DNA of 64,000 bases, from contig NZ_BAABFP010000002.1 of NCBI RefSeq assembly GCF_039541115.1, positions 1,178,001-1,242,000 of the forward strand, given 5' to 3'. The notes beneath the pieces are model-generated. The model made no database searches and had not been told where the DNA came from. It saw nothing but the letters and a program-made list of their open reading frames with translations. Source of the stretch: Angustibacter luteus (GTDB lineage: Bacteria; Actinomycetota; Actinomycetes; Actinomycetales; Angustibacteraceae). The position numbers were made by a program, and so were the translations under genes. Below are positions 30,253-39,067 of the stretch, in pieces (position 1 is the first letter of the stretch; every line of letters starts with the position of its first letter).

Positions 30253-31509
30253 ATGCGCAATTCCTGGGGGTCGAGGACGTGGCTGGCACTGGCCTACGTC
30301 ACGCTCGGCCTGCCCGTCGGCATCGTGACCTTCACGGTCGTGCTGGTCGGCCTCGCGCTCGGCATCGGCCTGCTGCCGCTCTTCGGCACCGGGGTGGTCG
30401 TGCTGGTCGCGACCGTCTACACGGCGCGCGGGATGGCGGCCTTCGAGCGTGGCCGGGCGACGATGTTCCTCGGCGTACACCTGCCCGACCGCCCGCGGCT
30501 CTCGCCGGAAGGTGCGAACGCCGGACGCCGGGCGTGGGCGCTGATCTCCTCGCGCGCATCGTGGAAGGAGATCGCCTACTGCCTGCTGATGCTGCCGATC
30601 GGCACGGTGTTCTACAGCCTGGCCGTGTCGGTCTGGGCGATCGGGCTGGCCGGCGTCCTGCTCCCCGCCTACGGGTTCGCGCTGCCCGGGGGCGAGGTCG
30701 TGACCTGGCTGCACTGGACGCCGTGGCTCGAGGTCCTGGCGGGCTTCGGGATCGGCCTGCTGGCGCTGCAGCTCGCGCCGCTGCTGACCGTGGCGCTGGC
30801 CGACGCGCAGCTGGCGCTGGTCCGATCGCTGCTAGCGCCCAGCGGCGCCGAGGTGCTGCAGGCGAAGGTCTCCTCGCTCACCGAGTCCCGCGCCCGGGTG
30901 GTCGATGCGGCGGACGCCGAACGCCGCCGGATCGAGCGGGACCTGCACGACGGCGCGCAGCAGCACCTGGTGTCGTTGGCGATGAACCTGGGGATGGCCA
31001 AGGAGAAGATGGACTCCGACCCCGAGGCGGCCCGCGAGCTGGTGACCCGCGCGCACCAGGAGGCCAAGGACTCGATCACCGAGCTGCGCAACGTGATCCG
31101 CGGTGTCTACCCGGCCGTGCTGACGGACCGCGGGCTGGACGCCGCGCTGTCCGCGCTGGCCGCGCGCTCCCCGGTCCCGGTGCGGCTCGACGTCCGCCTC
31201 TCGCGTCGCCCCGGACCGACCGCCGAGGCCATCGCCTACTTCGTGGTCTCCGAGGCGCTCACCAACGTGGCCCGGCACTCCGGCGCCAAGCAGGCGTCGG
31301 TGCACGTCGAGCTGCGCGAGGACGCCACCGGCCGCGACCGCCTGCAGGTCGCGGTCGTGGACGATGGTCACGGCGGCGCCACGGAGGGGGCCGGCAGCGG
31401 CCTGACCGGCCTGCGGGACCGCGTCCGCGCCGTGGACGGGACGTTCCAGCTGATCAGCCCCCAGGGCGTCGGCACGACGATTGCCGTGGAGGTGCCGTGC
31501 GAGTCGTGA
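30253..31509 (+). CDS. Sensor histidine kinase (HisKA_3) with membrane sensor domain
   Basis: ERRRIERDLHDGAQQ, EALTNVARH, DDGHGG and GSGLTGL. Confidence 0.94.
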   Translation: MRNSWGSRTWLALAYVTLGLPVGIVTFTVVLVGLALGIGLLPLFGTGVVVLVATVYTARGMAAFERGRATMFLGVHLPDRPRLSPEGANAGRRAWALISSRASWKEIAYCLLMLPIGTVFYSLAVSVWAIGLAGVLLPAYGFALPGGEVVTWLHWTPWLEVLAGFGIGLLALQLAPLLTVALADAQLALVRSLLAPSGAEVLQAKVSSLTESRARVVDAADAERRRIERDLHDGAQQHLVSLAMNLGMAKEKMDSDPEAARELVTRAHQEAKDSITELRNVIRGVYPAVLTDRGLDAALSALAARSPVPVRLDVRLSRRPGPTAEAIAYFVVSEALTNVARHSGAKQASVHVELREDATGRDRLQVAVVDDGHGGATEGAGSGLTGLRDRVRAVDGTFQLISPQGVGTTIAVEVPCES

Positions 31510-32144
31510 TCGCCGAGGACTCGGTGCTGCTTCGTGAAGGCATCATCCGGCTGCTGACGGACGCCGGGCTCGACGTCGTCGGCGCCGTCGACGAGCCGGA
31601 GGCGTTGCTGCGCAGCGTGGACGAGCTGCTGCCGGACATCTGCATCGTCGACATCCGGATGCCGCCGACGCACACCGACGAGGGCATCCGGGCCGCGCTG
31701 GTGATCCGCGCGCAGCACCCGGACGTCGCGGTGCTGGTGCTGAGCCAGTACGTCGAGGAGCGCTACGCCACCGACCTGATCGCCTCGGACACCCGCGGGG
31801 TCGGCTACCTGCTCAAGGACCGGGTGGCGGACGTGCGCGAGTTCGTGGACGCCGTCCGGCGGGTCGGCGAGGGCGGCACCGCACTGGACCCCGAGGTGGT
31901 CTCCCAGCTGCTGGTCCGCAGCCGGCGCACCGACCCGCTCGGTGGGTTGACCCCGCGCGAGGGCGACGTGATCCGGCTGATGGCCGAAGGCCGCTCCAAC
32001 CAAGGGATCGCGGCGGAGCTGGTGGTCAGCGAGGGAGCCGTCGAGAAGCACGTCAGCTCGATCTTCCTGAAGCTCGCGCTGCCGCCGGCCGACCAGGACC
32101 ACCGCCGCGTGCTGGCGGTCCTGCGCTACCTGGAAGGTTCGTGA
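31497..32144 (+). CDS. NarL/LuxR family response regulator
   Basis: VVIAEDS, VDIRMPP, YLLK and LTPRE..MAEGRSN..VEKHV HTH. Confidence 0.95.
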   Translation: MRVVIAEDSVLLREGIIRLLTDAGLDVVGAVDEPEALLRSVDELLPDICIVDIRMPPTHTDEGIRAALVIRAQHPDVAVLVLSQYVEERYATDLIASDTRGVGYLLKDRVADVREFVDAVRRVGEGGTALDPEVVSQLLVRSRRTDPLGGLTPREGDVIRLMAEGRSNQGIAAELVVSEGAVEKHVSSIFLKLALPPADQDHRRVLAVLRYLEGS

Positions 32145-32908
32145 TGACGGTCCACGACGCCCCGCAGCTGACCCAACCCGCCGACCCGCCACCGGCCGGC
32201 GGCAGCGCCCGACCGCTGCTGATCGGTCTGGGCATCGCGTTCGCGGTGCTCTCGATCGTCGCGGGCACGCTGAACGTGATCGGCTCCATCGGGCGGGACT
32301 CGGTGCAGCGCCAGGCCAGCTACCAGGGCATCCGGGTGGTCGACGTCGACGTGTCGGCCGAGTCGGTGCAGATCGTCGCCGGCCCGGACGACGTCACCCG
32401 GCTCGACCGCACCATCGGCTGGTCCCTGCAGAAGCCGAGCTTCAGCGAGCGGCAGGAGGGTGACCGGCTGGTCATCCGCTCGAGCTGCGGGATCACGTTC
32501 GGCCGCGGCTGCTCCGGCAAGGTGCGCCTCGTCGTGCCGGCCGACGTCCAGGTGCACGCGCACAGCTCGGGTGGTTACGTCGGGGCCACCGGGCTGTCCG
32601 GCCCGCTGGACCTCTCGTCCAGCGCCGGGCACGTGGAGGGCGTCCGGCTGGCGTCCGCCACCGTCGAGGCCGACTCGTCGGCCGGGTCGGTGTCGCTGAC
32701 CTTCGCGGTCGCGCCCACCGACGTGAAGGCCACGGGCAGCGCCGGCTCGGTCGAGGTGCTGCTGCCACCCGGGGACGAGGCGTACCGGGTCGACGCGGGT
32801 TCCAGCGCCGGCTCCAGCGAGGTGTCGGTGCGGACCGACCCGGACTCGTCGCGGCGGATCGTCGCCCACTCCAGCGCTGGCTCGGTCGAGGTTTCTTACT
32901 CTGAGTGA
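32141..32908 (+). CDS. DUF4097 family beta-strand repeat protein
   Basis: N-terminal TM followed by repeated (S/G)SAGSV units. Coupled to the response regulator. Confidence 0.82.
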   Translation: MMTVHDAPQLTQPADPPPAGGSARPLLIGLGIAFAVLSIVAGTLNVIGSIGRDSVQRQASYQGIRVVDVDVSAESVQIVAGPDDVTRLDRTIGWSLQKPSFSERQEGDRLVIRSSCGITFGRGCSGKVRLVVPADVQVHAHSSGGYVGATGLSGPLDLSSSAGHVEGVRLASATVEADSSAGSVSLTFAVAPTDVKATGSAGSVEVLLPPGDEAYRVDAGSSAGSSEVSVRTDPDSSRRIVAHSSAGSVEVSYSE

Positions 32909-33044
32909 TCACTTGTGTGCATGGTGGTCGGATTTTGCATCGATTGAGCACTCTTCGTAACGAACCTTCTACTCAGAGGCGTTTTGCTGACAAGATCTCA
33001 TTACCGGCTCGGGGCAATGCCCGGGCCCTTGTCATGGAGTGAAC

Positions 33045-33386
33045 GTGCGCGACCTCGCCCCTGAGATCTGTCGGCAACGCCTCGTCGTCGAGGGGTTGTG
33101 CCATGCCCCCATCGACGCGCCGGAGATCCGCAAGTACCTCTCTGAGCTCTCGTCGGCGATCGACATGGTCTCGCTGATGGAGCCGGTGACCCACCAGTCC
33201 CCGCTCTACGGCTGGGCCGGCTGGATCCACTGGGAGACCTCCGGCGCGCACTTCTACGCCTGGGACGTGCCGCGCCTGTTCTTCAGCGTCGACATCTACG
33301 CCTGCAAGCCCTTCTCCGCCCAGACCGTGCTGGACCTGACGCAGGCCTCGTTCGACGCCTACGACCTCGTGCACAAGGAGTTCTGA
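33045..33386 (+). CDS. S-adenosylmethionine decarboxylase family (pyruvoyl-dependent) proenzyme, divergent
   Basis: About 113 aa. GWAGWIHWETSGAHFYAW aligns with class 1B G.S....aESH.s.HTW, followed by SVDIYACKPF. RBS GGAG 5 nt before GTG 33045 (alternative start 33039). Confidence 0.75.
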   Translation: MRDLAPEICRQRLVVEGLCHAPIDAPEIRKYLSELSSAIDMVSLMEPVTHQSPLYGWAGWIHWETSGAHFYAWDVPRLFFSVDIYACKPFSAQTVLDLTQASFDAYDLVHKEF

Positions 33387-34156
33387 TGGCGGCTCGGTAC
33401 TGGATGCACTTCGACGCGCGGGGCGACCTGCTGGAGTCGGCGCGCCAGTGCGAGGCCGAGGTGTTCCACCGGTGGTTCGGCAACACCCGCGCCGAGCTCG
33501 ACGAGGAGTACGGCAGCTACGAGGGTGACTCGATCTTCCTCGTCCTGGCCGACGAGGCGGACGAGGTGGTGGCCGCCGTCCGCCTCATCGCCCCCGGCCC
33601 CTCCGGCTTCAAGACCCTGGACGACGTCGCCCGAGCCCCGTGGCAGGTGGACGGCGTCCGCTCGGCCGCAGCGGCGGGGCTCGACCTGTCCCGCACCTGG
33701 GAGGTCGGCACCCTCTGCGTCCGTCCCGGTGTGGCCGGCAGCAGCCGCCTCTCGCTCGCGCTGTACCACGGCCTCATGGTGGTGGCCCAGGTCAACGGCA
33801 TGACCTCGTTCATCGCGGTGCTGGACGAACGGGTCCGCCGGCTCCTGGCCTCGGTCGGCATCACCACGCGAGCGCTGCCGGGGACGAGCACCGCCCCCTA
33901 CCTCGGCTCGGCCCGGAGCACGCCGGTCTACTCGCACTTCGCCGCCATGCTGGACGCCCAGCGCCGGGACCTGCCCGACGCCTACCGGCTGGTCACCCTC
34001 GGCATCGGGCTGGACGGCATCGTCGTCCCCGACCGCGAGTCGTTCCGCCGACGCCAACCCGAGCTCGTGCTGGACCTGGCACCGCTGGAGGCCGGCGAGG
34101 CCCTGGACGCGGACCGGCTCGTCAGCGAGCAGCTACCCGATCCGCGGCGCGGGTAG
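33386..34156 (+). CDS. GNAT-fold acyltransferase, LuxI (AHL synthase)/FeeM-like
   Basis: EVF..WFG, ELDEEYGSYE, VAAVRLIAP and TWEVGTLCV follow the LuxI motif order. TGATG overlap and AAGGAG RBS. Confidence 0.7.
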   Translation: MAARYWMHFDARGDLLESARQCEAEVFHRWFGNTRAELDEEYGSYEGDSIFLVLADEADEVVAAVRLIAPGPSGFKTLDDVARAPWQVDGVRSAAAAGLDLSRTWEVGTLCVRPGVAGSSRLSLALYHGLMVVAQVNGMTSFIAVLDERVRRLLASVGITTRALPGTSTAPYLGSARSTPVYSHFAAMLDAQRRDLPDAYRLVTLGIGLDGIVVPDRESFRRRQPELVLDLAPLEAGEALDADRLVSEQLPDPRRG

Positions 34157-36430
34157 GACCTTGCCACGGGTGGGCGGCACCTGCGTCGCCCACCGGCGCA
34201 CCCAGGGATCCACGTCGCTCAGCGGCATGGGCCGAGCGACGTGGTACCCCTGCAGGACGTCGACGCCCATCTCGACGAGGGCGAGCGCCGTCGCCTCGTC
34301 CTCGACCCCCTCGGCGACCAGCCGCATCCCCATGGCGTGCGCCATGTTGGTCGTCGTCTCGACGATGAGCCGGGTCCGTTCGTCGGTCAGCAGGGTCGCG
34401 ACGAACGAGCGGTCCATCTTGAGCTCCTGGACCGGCAGGTCGCGCAGGTACGCCAGCGAGGAGAACCCCGTGCCGTAGTCGTCGATGGCGACCTGGACCT
34501 GGTGCTCTCGCAGCTCGTAGAGGGCGTCCCGGGCGCGCTCGGGATCGGACAGGAACGAGTCCTCGGTCACCTCGATCAGCAGCCGGTCCCCCGGCAGCCC
34601 CGCCTCCTCTAGGGCGAGGAACAGGTGCGGCAGCAGCTGGCCACCCAGCAGCTCCACCGGCGCGCAGTTCATCGCCACCCGGAAGGTCCAGCCGCTGGCG
34701 GCGAAGGCCCGGGCGTCGCGGACGGCCTGTCGGGCGACCCACTCGGACAGCATCGGCATCAGGCCCGCGCGGCGCGCGTCCGGCAGGAACTCCATCGGCC
34801 CGAGCAGCCCCTCGCTGGGATGCTGCCAGCGCACGAGCGCCTCCATCGCGATGAGCCGCCGCGTCAACGCGTCGACCTGCGGCTGGTACCACAGCACCAG
34901 CTGGCCCTGCGTGATCGCGGCCCGCAGCTCCTCGCTGCGCTGCAACCGCTGCCGGGTGAAGACCTCCTGGGAGGGGTCGTACAGCAACGCCCCCGCCCGG
35001 GCCTGCTTCGCCTCGTACATCGCCACGTCCGCGCGGCGGAGCAGGTCGGTCGCGGAGCGGTCCCCGTCCCGGCGCACGGTGATGCCGATCGAGGCCCGGA
35101 TGGCCAGGTCGAGGTTGTCGATGTGCACCGCCGCGAGCAGCACCTGGCGCAGCTCCTGGGCGAGCTCGAGCAGCGCGAGCTCGTCGTCCCCCTGCGCCAG
35201 CACGGCGAACTCGTCGCCGCCGAGGCGCGCGACCAGCACGTCGTGCGGCAGCGTCGACTGCATGCGGTGCGCGACGGTGCGCAGCACCGCGTCGCCGGTG
35301 CCGTGACCCAGGCTGTCGTTGATGTCCTTGAAGCCGTCCAGGTCGAGCAGCATGAAGGCCAGCGGGTCCTGGCGGGCCAGACCCTCGTCGGTCGCGGTGA
35401 GCACGGCCCGCCGGTTGGGCAGCCCGGTCAGCTCGTCGGTCATGGATAGCCGGAGCGACTCCGCTGCGCCTCGGGCCTCCTTGAGGGCGAGCGTCATGCG
35501 ACCCCCGGCGCACACCAGGGTGACGATGGCCGGGACGGTGATGTACCAGCCGATCGTGCCCCCGGGGTGCAGGACGAGGGCCAGCAGCGCGACGGACGCC
35601 GCCGCGATCAGCATCCGCGAGCGCTGCAGGTCGGGCTTGGGGGCGAGCTCGGCGCGCTCGCGACGGCAGGCCGAACCGACCAGCAGCGCGAAGGCCCCGC
35701 CCCAGAGCACGTCCAGCAGCACGCTCGAGGAGTACGAGTCGGCCTTCAGGGACAGCATGAAGCTGGAGTCCGCGGCGGCGAGCGCGAGGAAGGCCACCGC
35801 CAGGCCGACCGTGCGCCGGGACCGGGTGCGGTGCCGCAGCATCATCTGCGCCAGCACGACGGTGGCCAGGACCAGGTCGATCAACGGGTACAGGATCGCC
35901 AGCAGCAGGGTGAGCCCGCCCCGGTCGAAGGTTCCGGCGAGCGGCTTGAGCACGAAGAAGCTCGCGACGCAGACCGCCGCACCGCAGACGACCGCGGCAT
36001 CGAGCCCGAGTGCGAGGGCAGGAAGTCGCGGCCGCGGCACGTCCAGCAGGAGGAAGGCGGCCATCCCCAGGTAGGAGGTGAGGTAGAAGATCTCTCCCGG
36101 CGCCGGGAAGGTCACGACGGAGACGGAGACGGCCTGGCTGGCGCTCACCATGGCCGAGCCGGCAGCCCACAGCGTGACGCCGGCCACCAGCACGAGCAGG
36201 GCGGTGCGGCGGCGGGGGTCGTTCCCGGCGACGACGAGCAGCCGGGTGAGCTGCAGCAGGAAGAACACCGTCAGGGTGACCACCAGGGCCGCGCGGATCG
36301 CCGGGCCGTCGGCGGATCCGGGGAGTACCAGGGTGGATCCGGTCCCGAGCGCCGCGACCGTGAGCGCGGCGGCGCCGAGCCGCCGTTGGGTCACGTCGGC
36401 CCGGGGCGTGGTCGCGCGGCCGTCTGCCAC
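34133..36430 (-). CDS. Membrane-bound diguanylate cyclase/phosphodiesterase (GGDEF-EAL)
   Basis: Multi-TM N-terminus, DELTGLPNRR, DLDGFKDINDSLGHGTGD, RLGGDEF, MEALVRW, IDDYGTGFSSL and VAEGVE..LQGY. Confidence 0.95.
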   Translation of the reverse strand: MADGRATTPRADVTQRRLGAAALTVAALGTGSTLVLPGSADGPAIRAALVVTLTVFFLLQLTRLLVVAGNDPRRRTALLVLVAGVTLWAAGSAMVSASQAVSVSVVTFPAPGEIFYLTSYLGMAAFLLLDVPRPRLPALALGLDAAVVCGAAVCVASFFVLKPLAGTFDRGGLTLLLAILYPLIDLVLATVVLAQMMLRHRTRSRRTVGLAVAFLALAAADSSFMLSLKADSYSSSVLLDVLWGGAFALLVGSACRRERAELAPKPDLQRSRMLIAAASVALLALVLHPGGTIGWYITVPAIVTLVCAGGRMTLALKEARGAAESLRLSMTDELTGLPNRRAVLTATDEGLARQDPLAFMLLDLDGFKDINDSLGHGTGDAVLRTVAHRMQSTLPHDVLVARLGGDEFAVLAQGDDELALLELAQELRQVLLAAVHIDNLDLAIRASIGITVRRDGDRSATDLLRRADVAMYEAKQARAGALLYDPSQEVFTRQRLQRSEELRAAITQGQLVLWYQPQVDALTRRLIAMEALVRWQHPSEGLLGPMEFLPDARRAGLMPMLSEWVARQAVRDARAFAASGWTFRVAMNCAPVELLGGQLLPHLFLALEEAGLPGDRLLIEVTEDSFLSDPERARDALYELREHQVQVAIDDYGTGFSSLAYLRDLPVQELKMDRSFVATLLTDERTRLIVETTTNMAHAMGMRLVAEGVEDEATALALVEMGVDVLQGYHVARPMPLSDVDPWVRRWATQVPPTRGKVLPAPRIG

Positions 36431-36566
36431 CGCTCCTCCACGTCGCTCGATCCAGGGATGCCCGCCCTGACCTGCGGGTCAAGAGGCGCCTTCTTGATCA
36501 TCGGCGGGACGACGCTCGTCTTGAGCCAATCGCCCGGATCGCGCCGCTCGGCGGGAGAGCCGGTCG

Positions 36567-37385
36567 CTAAACGGCAGTGCCGCGGCTGGCGTGGTCGTCG
36601 GCGACGTCACGGGCCGCGCCCAGCAGGTACGGCGCGGCGCGCTCAGCCGGGTCGGGCGGGTCGGGCGGGTCGGGCGGGTCGGCGCGCAGGTCGACCACCA
36701 CGCAGGTGATGTTGTCCGGCGCGCCGGCGTCCAGGGCGAGGGCCACCAACCGGTCGAGGGCCGTGTCCGGGTCGCTGACGAGCAGCGCCTCACGGATGGC
36801 CGGGTCGGCGACGACGTCGGACAACCCGTCGCTGCACAGCAGGTAGCGGTCACCGGGGTGGGCGGGGCGGACCACCGACTCGACGTGCACGCCCTCGGGT
36901 TCGCCCTGCAGGGCGTTGGTGATCAGGTTGCCGCGCGGGTGCGAGACCGCCTGCTCCGGGGTGAGGATGCCACGGTCGACGAGCAGCTGGACGACCGTGT
37001 GGTCCGAGGTGACCTGGCTGAGCTCACCGTCGTGCAGGAGGTAGGCCCGCGAGTCGCCGACGTGCGCGACCGTGACCTCGTCGTCCTGCACCAGCAGCGC
37101 CGTCATGGTGGTGCCCATGCCGCGCAGTGCGGGCGTGCGCGCGATGGCCTCGCGCAGCTGCTCGTCCGCGGCGACGACGGCGGCCGACAGCGTGCGCGGT
37201 TCCTCCCCGCCAGGGTTTGGGTCGTCCAGCCCGACGACGGCTCCGGTGGCGATCGTGCTCGCCACCTCGCCGAAGTCGTGACCACCCATGCCGTCGGCGA
37301 CCAGCGCGAGGCGGTGCCCGACAAAAGCGGAGTCCTCGTTGCTCGGACGTCGTAGGCCGGGGTGGGTGCGTCCCACGGCCCACAT
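36567..37385 (-). CDS. PP2C-family Ser/Thr protein phosphatase
   Basis: RPSNEDS, VADGMGGH, MGTT, HVGDSRAY, LCSDGL and APDNIT. Confidence 0.94.
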   Translation of the reverse strand: MWAVGRTHPGLRRPSNEDSAFVGHRLALVADGMGGHDFGEVASTIATGAVVGLDDPNPGGEEPRTLSAAVVAADEQLREAIARTPALRGMGTTMTALLVQDDEVTVAHVGDSRAYLLHDGELSQVTSDHTVVQLLVDRGILTPEQAVSHPRGNLITNALQGEPEGVHVESVVRPAHPGDRYLLCSDGLSDVVADPAIREALLVSDPDTALDRLVALALDAGAPDNITCVVVDLRADPPDPPDPPDPAERAAPYLLGAARDVADDHASRGTAV

Positions 37386-37482
37386 GGACGTCACAGCAAC
37401 CCCTTCCGCGCACTGCTTGGCCTCGGGCGACACCCATCCTGCTACAGCGCGGGCGACGGGTGTCAACCACCATGCGCGCGGG

Positions 37483-39048
37483 CTACAGCATCTCGCGCAC
37501 GGCCCGGGCCTCGACGTCCTGCATGACCTCGTCCGCCACCTCGCCACTCACCTGACCGCTGCGTCGCGCCTGCAGCACCAGATCCCGTTCGACCTCGCTC
37601 GTCCTGGCCAGCGCCAGGCGCAGCTCGGGGGCGTAGTCGCGCTCCTGCGCGCTAGCACCGAAACGGGCGTCGTGCAGGGCCTCCTGGGCGGCCAGGTACC
37701 CCTCGTACTGGAGCACCACGGCGGTGCGGACCGGCGCGGGGACCTCGTCCGGCAGGCTCCGGGCGCTGTCGAGCGCTGCCTCGATGGCCTGACGCCGGAG
37801 CAGCACGACCTCGTGGGCGGCATCGCCCTCGCCACCGACGCCGAGCAGCTTGACCAGCGGCCCGAGCGTCAGGCCCTGCAGCACCAGCGTGACCAGCACG
37901 CAGAAGAGCCCGACGAACACGATCTGACTGCGGTCCGGGAACGGCGAGCCGGCGTCCGTGACCATGGGCAGAGCCAGGGCCGTCGCGATGGTCACCACGC
38001 CGCGCATGCCGGCCCAGGCGACGACGACGGTCTCCCGGGTGCCGTACGAGGGCCGGATCGCGTCGGGGAGCTGCGGCAGGCGCGCGAGCGCCACCGCGGG
38101 GAACATCCAGACGATCCGGCCCACGATCAGGGCGCCCACCACGCTCACCCCCAACCACACCGTCGCGCCGTCGAAACCGTTGGACTGCAGCACGTCCGTC
38201 AGCTCGAAGCCGATCAGCACGAAGACCAGGCTGGTGATCAGGTAGTCGGCGAAGCGCCACACCGCACGGCCGAGCAACCACCCGCCGGAGGTGATCGCGG
38301 GAGTCCCATAGCTGCGCAGGAACAGGCCGAGCGCCAGCACCGCCAGGACGCCGGACCCCCACAGCTGCTCGGCCAGCAGGTAGGCCGCGAACGGCATGGC
38401 CACGGTCACGGTCGTCTCGGCGGTGTCGTCGTGCAACGCCTTGAGCGCCAGGCGGGTCAGCCACCCCAGCGCCAGCCCGACGCCGACGCCGACGCCGACC
38501 GACAGCACGAGCCGCAGTGTGGCCTCCCCCGGACCGACCCGTCCGCTGACCACCGAGGTGACGGCGAGCCCGTAGAGCACCAGGGCGGCCGCGTCGTTGA
38601 ACATCCCCTCGCCCTCGAGAACCGTCACCACCCGGTCCGGCAGCCGCAGCCGGCGGGCCACGGCGCTGGCGGCGACCGGGTCAGGCGGTGCCACCACCGC
38701 GCCGAGCACCCAGGCCGCACCCCAGCCGAGGCCGGCCAGGTGGGCGATCCAGGCCGCCAGGGCGGCGCTGGCCAGGGTCAGCCCGACCGCGAGCAGCAGG
38801 ATGGGTCGCGCGTTGTCCCGGAACTCTCGAGCCGTGGCGCGCTGCGTCGCCGCGAACAGCAACGGCGGCAGCACGATCGGCAGGATCAGGTCCGGCTCGA
38901 GCGCGACCTGCGGCACCCGCGGGACGAGGGCCACCCCGAGCCCGAAGATCGTGAGCAGCACCGGTGACGGCACCCGGAGCCGGTCGGACAGCGGGGTCAG
39001 CACCACCACGCCGGCGACCAGCACCCCCGCGACGAGCGCATCGGACAT
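37483..39048 (-). CDS. Na+/H+ antiporter (CPA1 family)
   Basis: LPPLLF, PPDPVA, LEGEGMFNDA, WAGMRGVV and TLVLQGLT. Confidence 0.93.
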   Translation of the reverse strand: MSDALVAGVLVAGVVVLTPLSDRLRVPSPVLLTIFGLGVALVPRVPQVALEPDLILPIVLPPLLFAATQRATAREFRDNARPILLLAVGLTLASAALAAWIAHLAGLGWGAAWVLGAVVAPPDPVAASAVARRLRLPDRVVTVLEGEGMFNDAAALVLYGLAVTSVVSGRVGPGEATLRLVLSVGVGVGVGLALGWLTRLALKALHDDTAETTVTVAMPFAAYLLAEQLWGSGVLAVLALGLFLRSYGTPAITSGGWLLGRAVWRFADYLITSLVFVLIGFELTDVLQSNGFDGATVWLGVSVVGALIVGRIVWMFPAVALARLPQLPDAIRPSYGTRETVVVAWAGMRGVVTIATALALPMVTDAGSPFPDRSQIVFVGLFCVLVTLVLQGLTLGPLVKLLGVGGEGDAAHEVVLLRRQAIEAALDSARSLPDEVPAPVRTAVVLQYEGYLAAQEALHDARFGASAQERDYAPELRLALARTSEVERDLVLQARRSGQVSGEVADEVMQDVEARAVREML

Positions 39049-39067
39049 GGCCGCATCCTCTCGCGGA

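Noticed and set aside
27831..32144. 1437-aa plus-strand ORF, and similar long ORFs at 6724-9582, 15215-17470, 34122-36482 and 56914-58926
   Set aside because: These are shadow or antisense frames caused by stop-codon scarcity at high GC. They overlap well-supported genes. Only the last 215 codons of 27831-32144 (the response regulator) are real.
32960..33040. Possible SAM or c-di-GMP riboswitch upstream of the decarboxylase
   Set aside because: Hairpins are present but I could not match the SAM-I/IV or c-di-GMP-I/II core motifs by eye. Kept only as an unclassified structured leader.
36649..36683. GGGTCGGGC tandem repeat, and the ATPE repeat at 24831-24866
   Set aside because: In-frame low-complexity tails of the PP2C and ABC ATPase proteins, with no evidence of a separate function.
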